In this document: in pieces, positions 18,911-28,313 of the stretch | Numbering within the stretch: position 1 is the stretch's first letter | Layout: every line of letters starts with the position of its first letter | NCBI GenBank assembly: GCA_030679895.1 | Contig: JAUXSN010000039.1 | Coordinates: 34,128 to 98,127 of the forward strand | From: Candidatus Moraniibacteriota bacterium | Lineage (GTDB): Bacteria; Patescibacteriota; Minisyncoccia; Moranbacterales; UBA11712 | Length of the DNA: 64,000 nucleotides | Reading direction: 5' to 3' | Made by a program: the position numbers and the translations under genes | The notes under the pieces: model-generated | What the model was told of the DNA's origin: nothing | Databases searched by the model: none | The model's input: the letters and a program-made list of their open reading frames with translations, nothing else

Positions 18911-18984
18911 GCGGGTGTCGTATAGTGGCAGTACGGAGGTCTCCAAAACCTTTAGCGGGGGTTCGATTCCCTCCACCCGTGCCA
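18911..18984 (+). tRNA. tRNA-Trp(CCA)
   Basis: Acceptor stem gcgggtg/cacccgt; anticodon arm gaggt-ctCCAaa-acctt; T-loop GTTCGATTC; encoded CCA end. Confidence 0.95.
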
Positions 18985-19033
18985 CAATAGATATTTTTTA
19001 CAATTTGAGTTAAAAAGCGCATAATAAACACAG

Positions 19034-19807
19034 ATGAGAAAAATCATCCTAATTTTTCTTTTTATTCTTTTTTTCGCGGGGCTGGCGACGCTGGTTTTCG
19101 GTTTTTATAATGCCGGAAATATCCGCCATTTCGCGGTATCGGCGGAAGCTTTGAACGCCAAATATGACGGAGCGCTGCGCCTCAAGGAAGTCGAAAAAAA
19201 CTATCAAAAAAGCGGAACGCGGGACGTGCTCCAGCTGAAAGTTGAATCCGAAAATTTCATTTCAAAGCTTGATGAAATGGCGGCCAGCGCCGAATCGGCC
19301 ACGCGGGAAATAGATCAGTTGAATATTCCGCTCACTGAAATGGGAATAAAAAAGGAAATGAAGGATTATTATACGAAAGCGGGAACACAGATAAGAGACG
19401 CCAAAAACATTTCCGAGTTCAGGAAACAGATATTTGAAGTCGCGGTGATTTTTGGTAAAATAAAAGAAGACGTGGCTCTTGACGAAATGAAAAATCTGAT
19501 TGCCGAGGCGAAGCAGGAAAATGCCAAAGTTGATGCCAGCCGATTGCCGAAAAATCTTCGGGAAAACGGGCAAGCGCTGAATGACGCTATGGATAAATTC
19601 CTGGTCGAAATGGAAAATGTGGCCGGCGGATCAATTGAAAATCCGGATCAGCTGAATGAAGCTTACGCGGAATTTTCAGCCAAAGAAGATGAGTTTTCCG
19701 TGAATTCGCGCGGCTTCATAAACTCGCTCGAAGATCTCAAGCCTCTCCAGGATAAAATCAGGGCGGATCTCGCGGGGATTGAGAAAATATATTTTAAGAT
19801 AAAATAA
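19034..19807 (+). CDS. Membrane-anchored helical hypothetical protein
   Basis: N-terminal TM, coiled-coil character. Confidence 0.65.
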   Translation: MRKIILIFLFILFFAGLATLVFGFYNAGNIRHFAVSAEALNAKYDGALRLKEVEKNYQKSGTRDVLQLKVESENFISKLDEMAASAESATREIDQLNIPLTEMGIKKEMKDYYTKAGTQIRDAKNISEFRKQIFEVAVIFGKIKEDVALDEMKNLIAEAKQENAKVDASRLPKNLRENGQALNDAMDKFLVEMENVAGGSIENPDQLNEAYAEFSAKEDEFSVNSRGFINSLEDLKPLQDKIRADLAGIEKIYFKIK

Positions 19808-19845
19808 ACTCCCGCACCCAATTCGGTGAGAGAGCAGATATAATT

Positions 19846-21159
19846 ATGTCGCAGAAAAAAACCATAATCTGGACAATAATCGCCTTTGCCATAATCGGCG
19901 GGATTGTTTATTTTTCGTTTCTTCGAAAACCAAAAGTACAGTACGTAACAACGGACGCAAAAACGGAGGATCTCAAGGAAACAGTTTCCGTGACCGGAAC
20001 GCTGAAGGCTAATGACACCCTATTGCTAAATTTTGAAACCACCGGGCGAGTCAGATCGGTGGATGTCAGGGTTGGCCAAAAAGTGGGAAAGGGCGACGTA
20101 GTCGGATATCTTGACAATGCCAACTTACAGCTGGCGACTGACCAAGCTAAGGCTAATCTGGAAAAAGCGCAGGCTGATGCCGGTATAAGTTATGATACCA
20201 TCAACAGCGCCGAGGTGGGCGCAGACAACGCGGATAAATATCTTGACGACACAAAGAGCCTTAATAAAAGAAATATTACGGCCGCCGAACAGAAAGTCAG
20301 CGATGCAAAAAATTATTCCGAAGACGCCCAAAGCTACTATGATAAGGTGAAAGACGACAATGGCGCGGACAGTTCAGCGACCAAGCTGGCGAAACTCACG
20401 CTTGACACGGCCGAGGCCAACTACGAACAAGCCAAAAAAGCCCTGGACGTGGCTGATCAGACAGCCGATCTTTCTGAAACATCAGCGGAAAATTCCCTCG
20501 AAACGACCGAAGCGACACTCTCCGCGGCAAAATCGAAATATGTCACGGCTTCAAAAGACGCAACGGTAGCGAGTTTTGAAGCCGCGTATCAGACAGCGCT
20601 CAACAATCTTGACAAAGCCGTGCTTCGCGCGCCCGCGTCCGGCATGATCAAAGAAGTGAACTACAAGGCTGGAGAAGTTCTTGGTTCGACCGCGACAACA
20701 TCTTTTGCCAAAATGATTTCCTATGACTTTATTCTTGAGGCGAAAGTTTCCGAATCGGACATTGCCAAAATAAAATTAGGCCAGAAAGCGGCTCTTTCCT
20801 TTGACGCTTTTGATCCGGATGAGAAATTCACGGCCTCGGTCGTTTCGATTGATCCTTCAGCCACAGTCGTTCAGGACGTGGTGGATTATGTCGTGAAACT
20901 TTCGATGGAAAAAGACGATTTGCGCCTTAAGGACGGCATGAGCGCCGATTTGGATATCCTTATTTTTGAAAAAGATGACGTTTTAGCCATTCTGGAACGG
21001 GCGATAAAAGATGTTGACGGGAAAAAGATCGTGCAAATTCTTGAAAAAGGAAAGCCGATTGACAGGGAAGTGAAAACGGGGACGAAGGGCGATGGGGGAA
21101 TGATCGAAATCATTTCCGGGCTGAAGGAAGGGGAATTAGTAATCACTTCGCAAAAATAG
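19846..21159 (+). CDS. Efflux periplasmic adaptor subunit (MacA-like)
   Basis: V.VGQKV.KGD lipoyl half-motif, long helical hairpin, RAP.SG.I, SGLKEGE. Confidence 0.9.
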   Translation: MSQKKTIIWTIIAFAIIGGIVYFSFLRKPKVQYVTTDAKTEDLKETVSVTGTLKANDTLLLNFETTGRVRSVDVRVGQKVGKGDVVGYLDNANLQLATDQAKANLEKAQADAGISYDTINSAEVGADNADKYLDDTKSLNKRNITAAEQKVSDAKNYSEDAQSYYDKVKDDNGADSSATKLAKLTLDTAEANYEQAKKALDVADQTADLSETSAENSLETTEATLSAAKSKYVTASKDATVASFEAAYQTALNNLDKAVLRAPASGMIKEVNYKAGEVLGSTATTSFAKMISYDFILEAKVSESDIAKIKLGQKAALSFDAFDPDEKFTASVVSIDPSATVVQDVVDYVVKLSMEKDDLRLKDGMSADLDILIFEKDDVLAILERAIKDVDGKKIVQILEKGKPIDREVKTGTKGDGGMIEIISGLKEGELVITSQK

Positions 21160-21277
21160 CGCAAAGCTCAAAACTCAAAGCTCAAAACCACAGCGTAAAA
21201 TTCAAAGCTAAAAATAAAAAAGTTCTACGCTTTAAGTTGTAGTTTTGCGTTTTGCACTTTGCGTTTTGAGTTTTTTT
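21160..21277. repeat. Heptamer-periodic imperfect inverted repeat
   Basis: (caaagct/caaaact)n ... (ttgcgtt/ttgagtt)n. Confidence 0.7.
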
Positions 21278-21280
21278 ATT

Positions 21281-22006
21281 ATGTTGATCAGCGTAAGAAA
21301 TTTGTGCAAGGAATACGACAACGAAGGCGTCAAAACCAAGGCGCTTTGCGGCGTTTCTTTTGATATTGATAAGGACGAATTCGTGGCTATTATGGGCCCG
21401 AGCGGCAGCGGAAAATCAACCCTGATGCAGCTTTTGGGATTTTTGGACCGGCCGTCGGACGGACAATATTTTTTTGAAGGGCGCGACACGAAAGATTTTT
21501 CCGACGATGAGCTGGCATATTTTAGAAATCAAAAAATCGGTTTTGTTTTTCAGTCTTTCAATCTTTTGCCCAGAACGACCGTTTTTGAAAACGTGGAATT
21601 GCCACTCTTATATGACGAGCGGAAGGAATCGTCCGGCCTTATAAACAAGAAAGTCCACGAGGCTTTGAGAGCGGTTGATCTTGAGCATCGCGTCAACAAT
21701 TTATCCAACCAGCTTTCCGGAGGAGAGCAGCAGCGTGTTGCGATTGCGAGAGCTTTAGTCAATGATCCGGCGCTAATCTTGGCCGACGAGCCGACTGGAA
21801 ATCTTGATTCAAAAAACGGTCTTCAGATAATGCGGATTCTCCAAAATCTTAACAGGGATGGTCATACTATCATCATGGTTACCCACGAGACCTATACTTC
21901 CGAACACGCCAAGCGCATCATCCAAATGCTGGACGGGAAAGTGGAAGATGATTATTTGGTGAAGAAGAGAAGGATCGCGGACGGAGAAGAAAGACTTTTG
22001 AAATAA
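21281..22006 (+). CDS. ABC transporter ATP-binding protein (MacB/LolD-like)
   Basis: [25 protein letters not shown]. Confidence 0.95.
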   Translation: MLISVRNLCKEYDNEGVKTKALCGVSFDIDKDEFVAIMGPSGSGKSTLMQLLGFLDRPSDGQYFFEGRDTKDFSDDELAYFRNQKIGFVFQSFNLLPRTTVFENVELPLLYDERKESSGLINKKVHEALRAVDLEHRVNNLSNQLSGGEQQRVAIARALVNDPALILADEPTGNLDSKNGLQIMRILQNLNRDGHTIIMVTHETYTSEHAKRIIQMLDGKVEDDYLVKKRRIADGEERLLK

Positions 22007-22143
22007 TTTTCAATTTTCAAGTCTCAATTTACAATCAATTTTCAATGATGCAATTTTCAATTATTAAAAGGCTCCAAAGTTTTGAAATTGATCATTGATA
22101 AATTGAAAATTCATTGAAAATTGTAAATTGGTAATTGAAAATT
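22007..22143. repeat. Heptamer-periodic imperfect inverted repeat, second family
   Basis: (ttttcaa)n ... (ttgaaaa/ttgtaaa)n. Confidence 0.7.
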
Positions 22144-22150
22144 AAAACGC

Positions 22151-23395
22151 ATGCGTTTTAGTGATCCCGTAAAAATAGCCTATGGCAATATCAAGGGGGC
22201 GAAATTCCGCTCTTTTTTGACTATTCTCGGGATTGTGATCGGGATCGCGTCCGTAATCATAATCATCGCCATCGGATCCAGCGCCCAGGAGCTGATTTTG
22301 GATCAGGTGAAGGGAGTCGGGTCGAATCTCATTGGAGTTCTTCCCGGAGCCTCCGAGGAAAAAGGGCCGCCGGCGAGCGCGATGGGCGTCATAATCACCA
22401 CCCTCAAATATAATGACCTCAAAGCTATTCTTCAGAAAAGCAATGTTCCTGACGCGGTTGACGGAGCGGCTTATATCAGCGGAAACAATACTGTCCAATA
22501 CGAAGACAAGGACAAAAATTTCACTTTCCAGGGAACGACTGCCAGCTATGTAAACGTCGAGAATGCTGAAATCGACAAGGGGCGCTTTTTCACCAAAGAA
22601 GAAGAAACAAGTTTGTCCCGTTTCGCCGTGATCGGCGCTGAAGTGGCGACAGACCTTTTCGGGGAAGGGGGCAATCCGGTCGGAAAAAGAATAAAGATCG
22701 GAAAACAAAACTTCGAAGTGATCGGTGTTTTCACCAAGCGCGGTTCGGCCGCTTTTTCCAATCAGGATACGGCTATTTTCATACCTCTGTTCACGGCGCA
22801 AAAAGTGATGCTCGGAGTGGACTATCTCAACTTCATCCGCGTCAAAGTTGACAGCGAAGCGAATATCGATCGGGCAAAGCTGGACATCACTGCGACGCTT
22901 CGCGAGCAGCATGACATCAAAAAAGCAATCGATGATGATTTTTCGGTGCGCGACCAAAAGGCCGGCCTTGATGCCATTACAAATATCACCGGGGCGATAA
23001 AATATTTTTTGGCGGCGATCGCGGCTATTTCTCTCCTTGTCGGCGGAGTGGGCATAATGAACACGATGCTCATTTCCGTCAACCAAAGAATTCGCGAAGT
23101 GGGGCTTCGAAAAGCGATCGGAGCCAAAAATTCCCTGATCATGCTCCAGTTTCTGGTTGAGTCGATTTTTGTGACGCTTTTGGGCGGTGTCATTGGAATC
23201 ATCATTGGAATTCTGGTAACTTTTCTGGCGGCAGTGATCATTCAAAAGCTGGGATATCATTGGCCGTTTATCGTCACGATGTCGTCGATTTTGCTCGCGA
23301 CCGGAATCTCACTGCTTATCGGAGTATTTTTCGGAATTTATCCCGCCCGCAAGGCCGCGAAGTTGAATATCGTGGAAGCGCTGAGATATGAATAA
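22151..23395 (+). CDS. ABC transporter permease (MacB/FtsX family)
   Basis: RSFLTILGIVIGI; VGGVGIMN; REVGLRKAIGA; EALRYE. Confidence 0.95.
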   Translation: MRFSDPVKIAYGNIKGAKFRSFLTILGIVIGIASVIIIIAIGSSAQELILDQVKGVGSNLIGVLPGASEEKGPPASAMGVIITTLKYNDLKAILQKSNVPDAVDGAAYISGNNTVQYEDKDKNFTFQGTTASYVNVENAEIDKGRFFTKEEETSLSRFAVIGAEVATDLFGEGGNPVGKRIKIGKQNFEVIGVFTKRGSAAFSNQDTAIFIPLFTAQKVMLGVDYLNFIRVKVDSEANIDRAKLDITATLREQHDIKKAIDDDFSVRDQKAGLDAITNITGAIKYFLAAIAAISLLVGGVGIMNTMLISVNQRIREVGLRKAIGAKNSLIMLQFLVESIFVTLLGGVIGIIIGILVTFLAAVIIQKLGYHWPFIVTMSSILLATGISLLIGVFFGIYPARKAAKLNIVEALRYE

Positions 23396-23400
23396 AAAGT

Positions 23401-24696
23401 ATGGGTCTAGATCATAAAACAATTTTCAGATTCGGTATCAGATCTCCCCACGAATGGGCGGTTGTTTTTCGCTTGGCGCTTCGCAATCTGCGCATGAATA
23501 AGATCCGAACCGCGCTTACGGTAATTGGGATTGTAATTGGGATTATGTCGGTGATAATAGTAATGGCCGGCGGAACCGGCCTCAAAAACTATGTTTTGGG
23601 GCAGGTCGATGTTTTTGGAACGGATTATATCCAGGTGGAGGTGAAGGTTCCCGGTGTTTCGGAAATGTCGTCGGAAAATATTTCCGGCAGAGGAACGGGT
23701 CTTGCCATCACAACGCTCAAAGAAAAAGATGCCGAAGCGGTCGCAAAAATTCCCAATGTCAGAACTTGGAGCGCGGGAAATATGGACCAGGAGCTGGTAA
23801 GCTATAGCAGCGTGAACAAAAGAGTGATGATCTTCGGCGTGAATCCCGCGTATGTCGAAATTGACCGCCAGATCCAGCCGGTTGAAGGAACCTTTTTCTC
23901 CGAGAGCGATGAAGCCGGAGCCGCCCAGGTGGCGGTTATCGGCGCCGGGGTTAAAAAAAGTTTTTTCGGAGAAGGGGATGCCGCGGGAAAAAATATCAAA
24001 ATAAAGGACCAAAATTATCGGGTCGTCGGAGTGCTCAAAGAAAGGGGAGCCGGCGGATTTTTCAATTTTGACGATGTTGTCTATATTCCCTTCAAAACGC
24101 TCAATAAAAAACTGCTCGGAATTGACTATGCCCAGTTCATCACGTTTAAGGTCAAAGATACGGCGCGCATGGAGGAAACAGCCGTTGATATCCGGGAAAC
24201 GATGCGGCGCGAGCATGATATAACTGATCCCGCGAAAGAAGATTTCATAGTTATGTCCGCGGCGGAAGGGAAAGATATGATCGACAAAGTTTTTGGGACG
24301 ATCAACTATCTGCTTTTGGCTCTCACCTCCATCTCTCTTTTGGTTGGGGGAGTTGGTATTATGAATGTCATGTATGTGGCCGTCACCGAGCGGACGCGCG
24401 AGATCGGGCTTCGCAAAGCGCTCGGCGCGACAAACTCGGGAGTTCTGCGGCAATTTCTTTTTGAAGCCGTTATTGTGACATTCATCGGCGGAGCGGTTGG
24501 AATTCTTTTCGGGGTGATTTCGACCTATCTTCTTAATAATTTTTTGATCCGGCTCGGATATATGCTTCAATTTTCCGTTCCCGCGAAATCCATCATCACC
24601 GCGGTCGGATTTTCCGTTTTCACCGGCCTCATTTTCGGCATCTATCCCGCGTGGAAAGCCTCGCAACTCTCGCCAATCGAAGCGTTGCGAAAATAA
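23401..24696 (+). CDS. ABC transporter permease (MacB/FtsX family)
   Basis: RTALTVIGIVIGI; ERTREIGLRKALGA; PIEALRK. Confidence 0.95.
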   Translation: MGLDHKTIFRFGIRSPHEWAVVFRLALRNLRMNKIRTALTVIGIVIGIMSVIIVMAGGTGLKNYVLGQVDVFGTDYIQVEVKVPGVSEMSSENISGRGTGLAITTLKEKDAEAVAKIPNVRTWSAGNMDQELVSYSSVNKRVMIFGVNPAYVEIDRQIQPVEGTFFSESDEAGAAQVAVIGAGVKKSFFGEGDAAGKNIKIKDQNYRVVGVLKERGAGGFFNFDDVVYIPFKTLNKKLLGIDYAQFITFKVKDTARMEETAVDIRETMRREHDITDPAKEDFIVMSAAEGKDMIDKVFGTINYLLLALTSISLLVGGVGIMNVMYVAVTERTREIGLRKALGATNSGVLRQFLFEAVIVTFIGGAVGILFGVISTYLLNNFLIRLGYMLQFSVPAKSIITAVGFSVFTGLIFGIYPAWKASQLSPIEALRK

Positions 24697-24698
24697 GC

Positions 24699-25431
24699 TT
24701 CCATCCTAAGATCCGATCTTAGGATGGAATAAATCTATGCGAAAAGAGCGATTTTTTGAAGATCAATATTACCACATATTTAACAGAGGAACAGACAAGA
24801 GAAAAATATTTCTGGATGATTTTGATTATCGCCGCTTCTTACTTTCTATGCGGCTTATGAATGACGAAAAAGACGGTTTAATGATCCGATGGAGAGATTA
24901 TAAAAAAACTTATTCCAGTTCGACGGTCGAAGCTTTCCTAAGATCGGATCTTAGGAAAAGAAATTCACTGGTTGAAATTGTTTGTTTTTCTCTTCTTCCT
25001 AACCACTATCATTTCATTCTGAAACAGCTGGCAAGAAATGGAATTGAAAAGTTTATGCAAAGAATTGGAATAGGATATACGATGTATTTTAACAAAAAAT
25101 ATGATCGCAGCGGAGTTTTGTTTCAGGGAAAATGCAAATCTAGTCTTATCAAAGCGACTCATCACCTTCTTTACCTTTCTGTCTATGTGAATTGCAACGC
25201 GGAAGTGCACGGTATCGCGAAAGCTGAAAATTATCGTTGGAGCAGTTTTTCTAATTCTATAAATAGAAGCAAGGATAATATCTGCAACGGAAAAGTGATA
25301 TTTGATAATTTCAAGGAAAGTGAAGATTATAAAATTTACGCAAAGGAAAATGTAGAAGCGATGAAACAAAAAAAAGAGGACGAGAAATTAGTCTTGGAAT
25401 AGCTTTCCTAAGATCGGATCTTAGGATGGAA
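24699..25431 (+). mobile_element. RAYT locus flanked by inverted REP palindromes
   Basis: 24699-24724 and 25406-25431 are perfect 26-bp inverted copies; a third copy lies inside the gene at 24934-24958. Confidence 0.85.
24737..25402 (+). CDS. REP-associated tyrosine transposase (Y1 HUH)
   Basis: YYHIFNRG, LPNHYH (HUH), Y.N.N, YRWSS. Confidence 0.9.
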   Translation: MRKERFFEDQYYHIFNRGTDKRKIFLDDFDYRRFLLSMRLMNDEKDGLMIRWRDYKKTYSSSTVEAFLRSDLRKRNSLVEIVCFSLLPNHYHFILKQLARNGIEKFMQRIGIGYTMYFNKKYDRSGVLFQGKCKSSLIKATHHLLYLSVYVNCNAEVHGIAKAENYRWSSFSNSINRSKDNICNGKVIFDNFKESEDYKIYAKENVEAMKQKKEDEKLVLE

Positions 25432-25608
25432 TTTGCCAACAAAAAAAGCCTTCTTTCGAAGCGCTTGAAAAATAAAGATGTGATCCGGAAGAGCCTCATG
25501 GCTCTCCCGGATCGGAACTGCAAGACAGGAAGGATTTTGAGATGTTATCTCTGCCCGGAAGTCGGTTCTCCGGAAAGATTCCTTACCGTCTTTTACTTCG
25601 GCAGGGTG

Positions 25609-26034
25609 TTACTGCAGCATGACCTCGAAGGGAACCGCCGTCGCTGTCAGGAGAGCGTAGGCGGGGGTGCCCCGGGAGGTCGCGATGATGGCCATGCAGG
25701 TCCGGGGATCAAAGATGGCGCCTTTTGCCTTCTTAGCATCGGCGAAATCCTGGATTTCCCAGGGGATCCCCTTGCAGAACTCGGCGGGCAGAGCCTGATC
25801 GGCGCGCTTTTTTTGCCCATAGTCCGCTTCCGCCAGCAGGGTATTGTTGGCCGGATGGAAATGGTAGACGCCACGTGGCGACCCCAAATTTACCTTGATC
25901 GTGAACTCATCCATCCGCTGCCCCGCCGGCATTGCCAGCATACGTGGGCTTTTTTCTTTTCCGCACTGGGGGACGTAACCCATGAGCTCGATGGGTGCCG
26001 CCCTCGGGTCTGCCAAAGGGTGCTGGTTGAACAT
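25609..26034 (-). CDS. Hypothetical protein (GC-rich)
   Basis: 141-aa ORF with GGAGG SD upstream of the ATG. Confidence 0.55.
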   Translation of the reverse strand: MFNQHPLADPRAAPIELMGYVPQCGKEKSPRMLAMPAGQRMDEFTIKVNLGSPRGVYHFHPANNTLLAEADYGQKKRADQALPAEFCKGIPWEIQDFADAKKAKGAIFDPRTCMAIIATSRGTPAYALLTATAVPFEVMLQ

Positions 26035-26273
26035 AGAAACCTCCGTTAAGCGGTGGTTGTTTTTCGCGCAAGTGAAGGCGGGACACGCTAGCCTTCTCTC
26101 GCACAGCCATAGCCGCGTACATATCGGGGAATAGATTTTTTAGGTACTTCTCCTCCTTTGTGATGGGTTGATATTTGTCCCCGTCTGCCATCTCTTTAGA
26201 AAATTATAACAAAAATAAAAAAAATACACAATTATTTCCCGTATAGAACCATTTGGAACTCTAAAATTAAAAA

Positions 26274-26336
26274 CCCCAGGCAAGTGAGCTTGGATGGAAT
26301 GCGGGGCGGCATCCACAAGACATCACTCGCCTGGGG
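26274..26336 (-). terminator. Long terminator-like hairpin
   Basis: ccccaggcgagtga...tcacttgcctgggg followed by ttttt on the minus strand. Confidence 0.6.
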
Positions 26337-26442
26337 CCAGCCAGGAGGAAGGTGAAACATGGCCTCCGAGGTAAGTTTTTTCTAATATCGATCTTAGAAC
26401 AGCCTCGAACGCATCTAAAAATTTTAGACCTTTCTGCTTCAT
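26323..26442 (-). CDS. Putative 39-aa small protein
   Basis: MKQKGLKFLDAFEAVLRSILEKTYLGGHVSPSSWLAPGE, lying between the structured RNA and the terminator. Confidence 0.3.
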   Translation of the reverse strand: MKQKGLKFLDAFEAVLRSILEKTYLGGHVSPSSWLAPGE

Positions 26443-26469
26443 AAAGAACAAATATTGATCATGTAAAAA

Positions 26470-26690
26470 GGATCCACGGGCGGTCTAGGCTCCAAAACAA
26501 AAAAATGTATTGGTGGCGCGGAGTTGAAGCGTCGTTTGGCGAATCGCTCGACCATGCATGGTGTCGGGTTCTCCCCGGAGCAACTCCGACCATGAAATTG
26601 CCCAAAAAGGCGCAAATAATGGCCTTCTTAGCCGGACGGCGCATTTTCACCCTCCGCGTTGCCGTTTCTCCTTTTCCACCCGTGGATTTT
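26470..26690 (-). ncRNA. Candidate structured RNA
   Basis: Promoter TTGACA-17-TAATAT directly upstream; 12-bp closing helix and nested helices. Confidence 0.45.
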
Positions 26691-26747
26691 GGATATTAAC
26701 AAAATTTTGTAAACTTGTCAAATTTAAAAAAGCCCAGGAAACTGCTA

Positions 26748-26776
26748 TTGACGGGGGATAACATTCCTGCTACAAT
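26748..26776 (+). promoter_or_regulatory. Sigma70 promoter
   Basis: TTGACG-17-TACAAT. Confidence 0.65.
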
Positions 26777-26847
26777 TTAAAGTTAAAAAATTAAGAAGAA
26801 AGCGTATTACTAAACATATAAATATTTACCTTATTTAAAGCAAATTT

Positions 26848-28239
26848 ATGGCTAATGAAGTAAAAACTTTGCGCGAAAAAGAAGGAAAGAAAACGTGGAA
26901 ATTTTGGTTGGCCTTTTGGTTTATTGCGGCCATTTTGCTTTTTTCCTGGTATGTATTTTTGCAAATAAGAAACAAAAATATTCAAAATCTGAAATCTTTG
27001 ACAAGTTTTTTGCCGGTAGGGAGCGAACGAAGAAATGAACTCACGGTTCTGGCTGATATATATGACAAGGCCGGCGGATTTGATCGCGAACAAACTTTTC
27101 TCATTCTTTTCCAAAACGACATGGAGCTTCGCCCGGGCGGCGGCTTTATCGGGTCATTTGGAATTCTCAAAGCAAAAAATGGAAAGGTGGGCGATATTCA
27201 GATTCACGATACGGGCGTTTTTGACGGCCGCGTTCCTGACACAGAGCAACCCCCGTATCCCATGGCGGAAATGCTCCATATAAAAAGCTGGCAGATGAGA
27301 GATTCCAATTGGTCGCCTGATTTTCGCGTGAACGCCGAAAAGGCGGAATATTTTTATAAGCTGGGACAAGGCGGTGAAAATTTTGACGGAGTGATCGCTA
27401 TCAATACCAAGGTTCTGAATTCCATCCTTGAAATCACAGGGCCGGTCAAAATCGCCGATTATCCCGGTGAATATAACGATGAAACGGCCATTCTTCAGCT
27501 TGAATACCAGGTGGAGAAAGGCTATCAGGAACAGGGAATCATGAAGGGAGAGCGGAAAAGCGTCATGAAAGACATGGCTAAAGTCTTGATTGAAAAAATA
27601 CATAACTTGAATGTTTCGCAGCAGTTGGAGCTGGCGAAAAAAATAGAGGAAAATCTCAAACAAAAGAATATCCAGATGTTTTTCAAGGACGAAAGTCTGC
27701 AAGCGGAAGCGGAAGAAATAAACTGGGCGGGGCGGGTGAAAAATTATAAGGGAGATTATCTGATGGTTGTTGACGCGAATCTCAATTCCTTGAAGAGCGA
27801 TCTTTGCATAAAACGGGAAATTAAATACGAAGTCGACTTGAGCGCTGAAAAACCGCAAGCAGAGCTCGCGCTCACCTATGATCATACTTGCCGCACACGC
27901 GACTGGATGACGGCCAATTATAACGATTGGCTGCGGGTTTATATTCCGGACGGATCGTGGCTGGCGGATTCCAGTGTTCCTCAAGAAAATCTTCGCTTTG
28001 GTAACGATTTAGGCAAGAAAGTTGTCGGTGTGCCGGTTTATGTTGAAATCGGAAAAAAAGAAACTATCACCTTGAAATATGATTTGCCTGCTGAACTAAA
28101 AAACAATAATTACAGTTTGTTTATCCAAAAACAATCCGGATCAGGGGAGGTGCCGGTCAGCATTTCGGTGAAAAAAGCGGACGGATCAGTCAGTGAAATA
28201 AACGAGGTGCTGCTGGAAGACAAGATGTTCAGTTTCTAG
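26848..28239 (+). CDS. DUF4012-domain membrane protein
   Basis: LFQNDMELRPGGGFIGSFG, RDSNWSPDF and QKQSG motifs; N-terminal TM. Confidence 0.85.
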   Translation: MANEVKTLREKEGKKTWKFWLAFWFIAAILLFSWYVFLQIRNKNIQNLKSLTSFLPVGSERRNELTVLADIYDKAGGFDREQTFLILFQNDMELRPGGGFIGSFGILKAKNGKVGDIQIHDTGVFDGRVPDTEQPPYPMAEMLHIKSWQMRDSNWSPDFRVNAEKAEYFYKLGQGGENFDGVIAINTKVLNSILEITGPVKIADYPGEYNDETAILQLEYQVEKGYQEQGIMKGERKSVMKDMAKVLIEKIHNLNVSQQLELAKKIEENLKQKNIQMFFKDESLQAEAEEINWAGRVKNYKGDYLMVVDANLNSLKSDLCIKREIKYEVDLSAEKPQAELALTYDHTCRTRDWMTANYNDWLRVYIPDGSWLADSSVPQENLRFGNDLGKKVVGVPVYVEIGKKETITLKYDLPAELKNNNYSLFIQKQSGSGEVPVSISVKKADGSVSEINEVLLEDKMFSF

Positions 28240-28254
28240 AGCCTGACTTCGGGA

Positions 28255-28283
28255 TTGACAATTTCTCCGGGATGATGTATAAT
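28255..28283 (+). promoter_or_regulatory. Consensus sigma70 promoter
   Basis: TTGACA-17-TATAAT. Confidence 0.8.
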
Positions 28284-28313
28284 TATCGGTTAATTTAATA
28301 AATAAGCATTACT

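Noticed and set aside
17555-19031. Short minus-strand ORFs over the tRNAs and rpmG
   Set aside because: Antisense to tRNA-Thr, tRNA-Trp and rpmG
22142-24666. Long antisense ORFs of 372 and 419 aa
   Set aside because: They shadow the well-supported ABC permease genes and carry no recognisable motifs
25426-26049. 207-aa plus-strand ORF
   Set aside because: It starts inside a REP and lies antisense to an SD-bearing ORF; composition is not protein-like
25907-26191. 94-aa minus-strand ORF
   Set aside because: It overlaps the 141-aa ORF by 128 bp; only the N-terminus looks plausible, so it was not called
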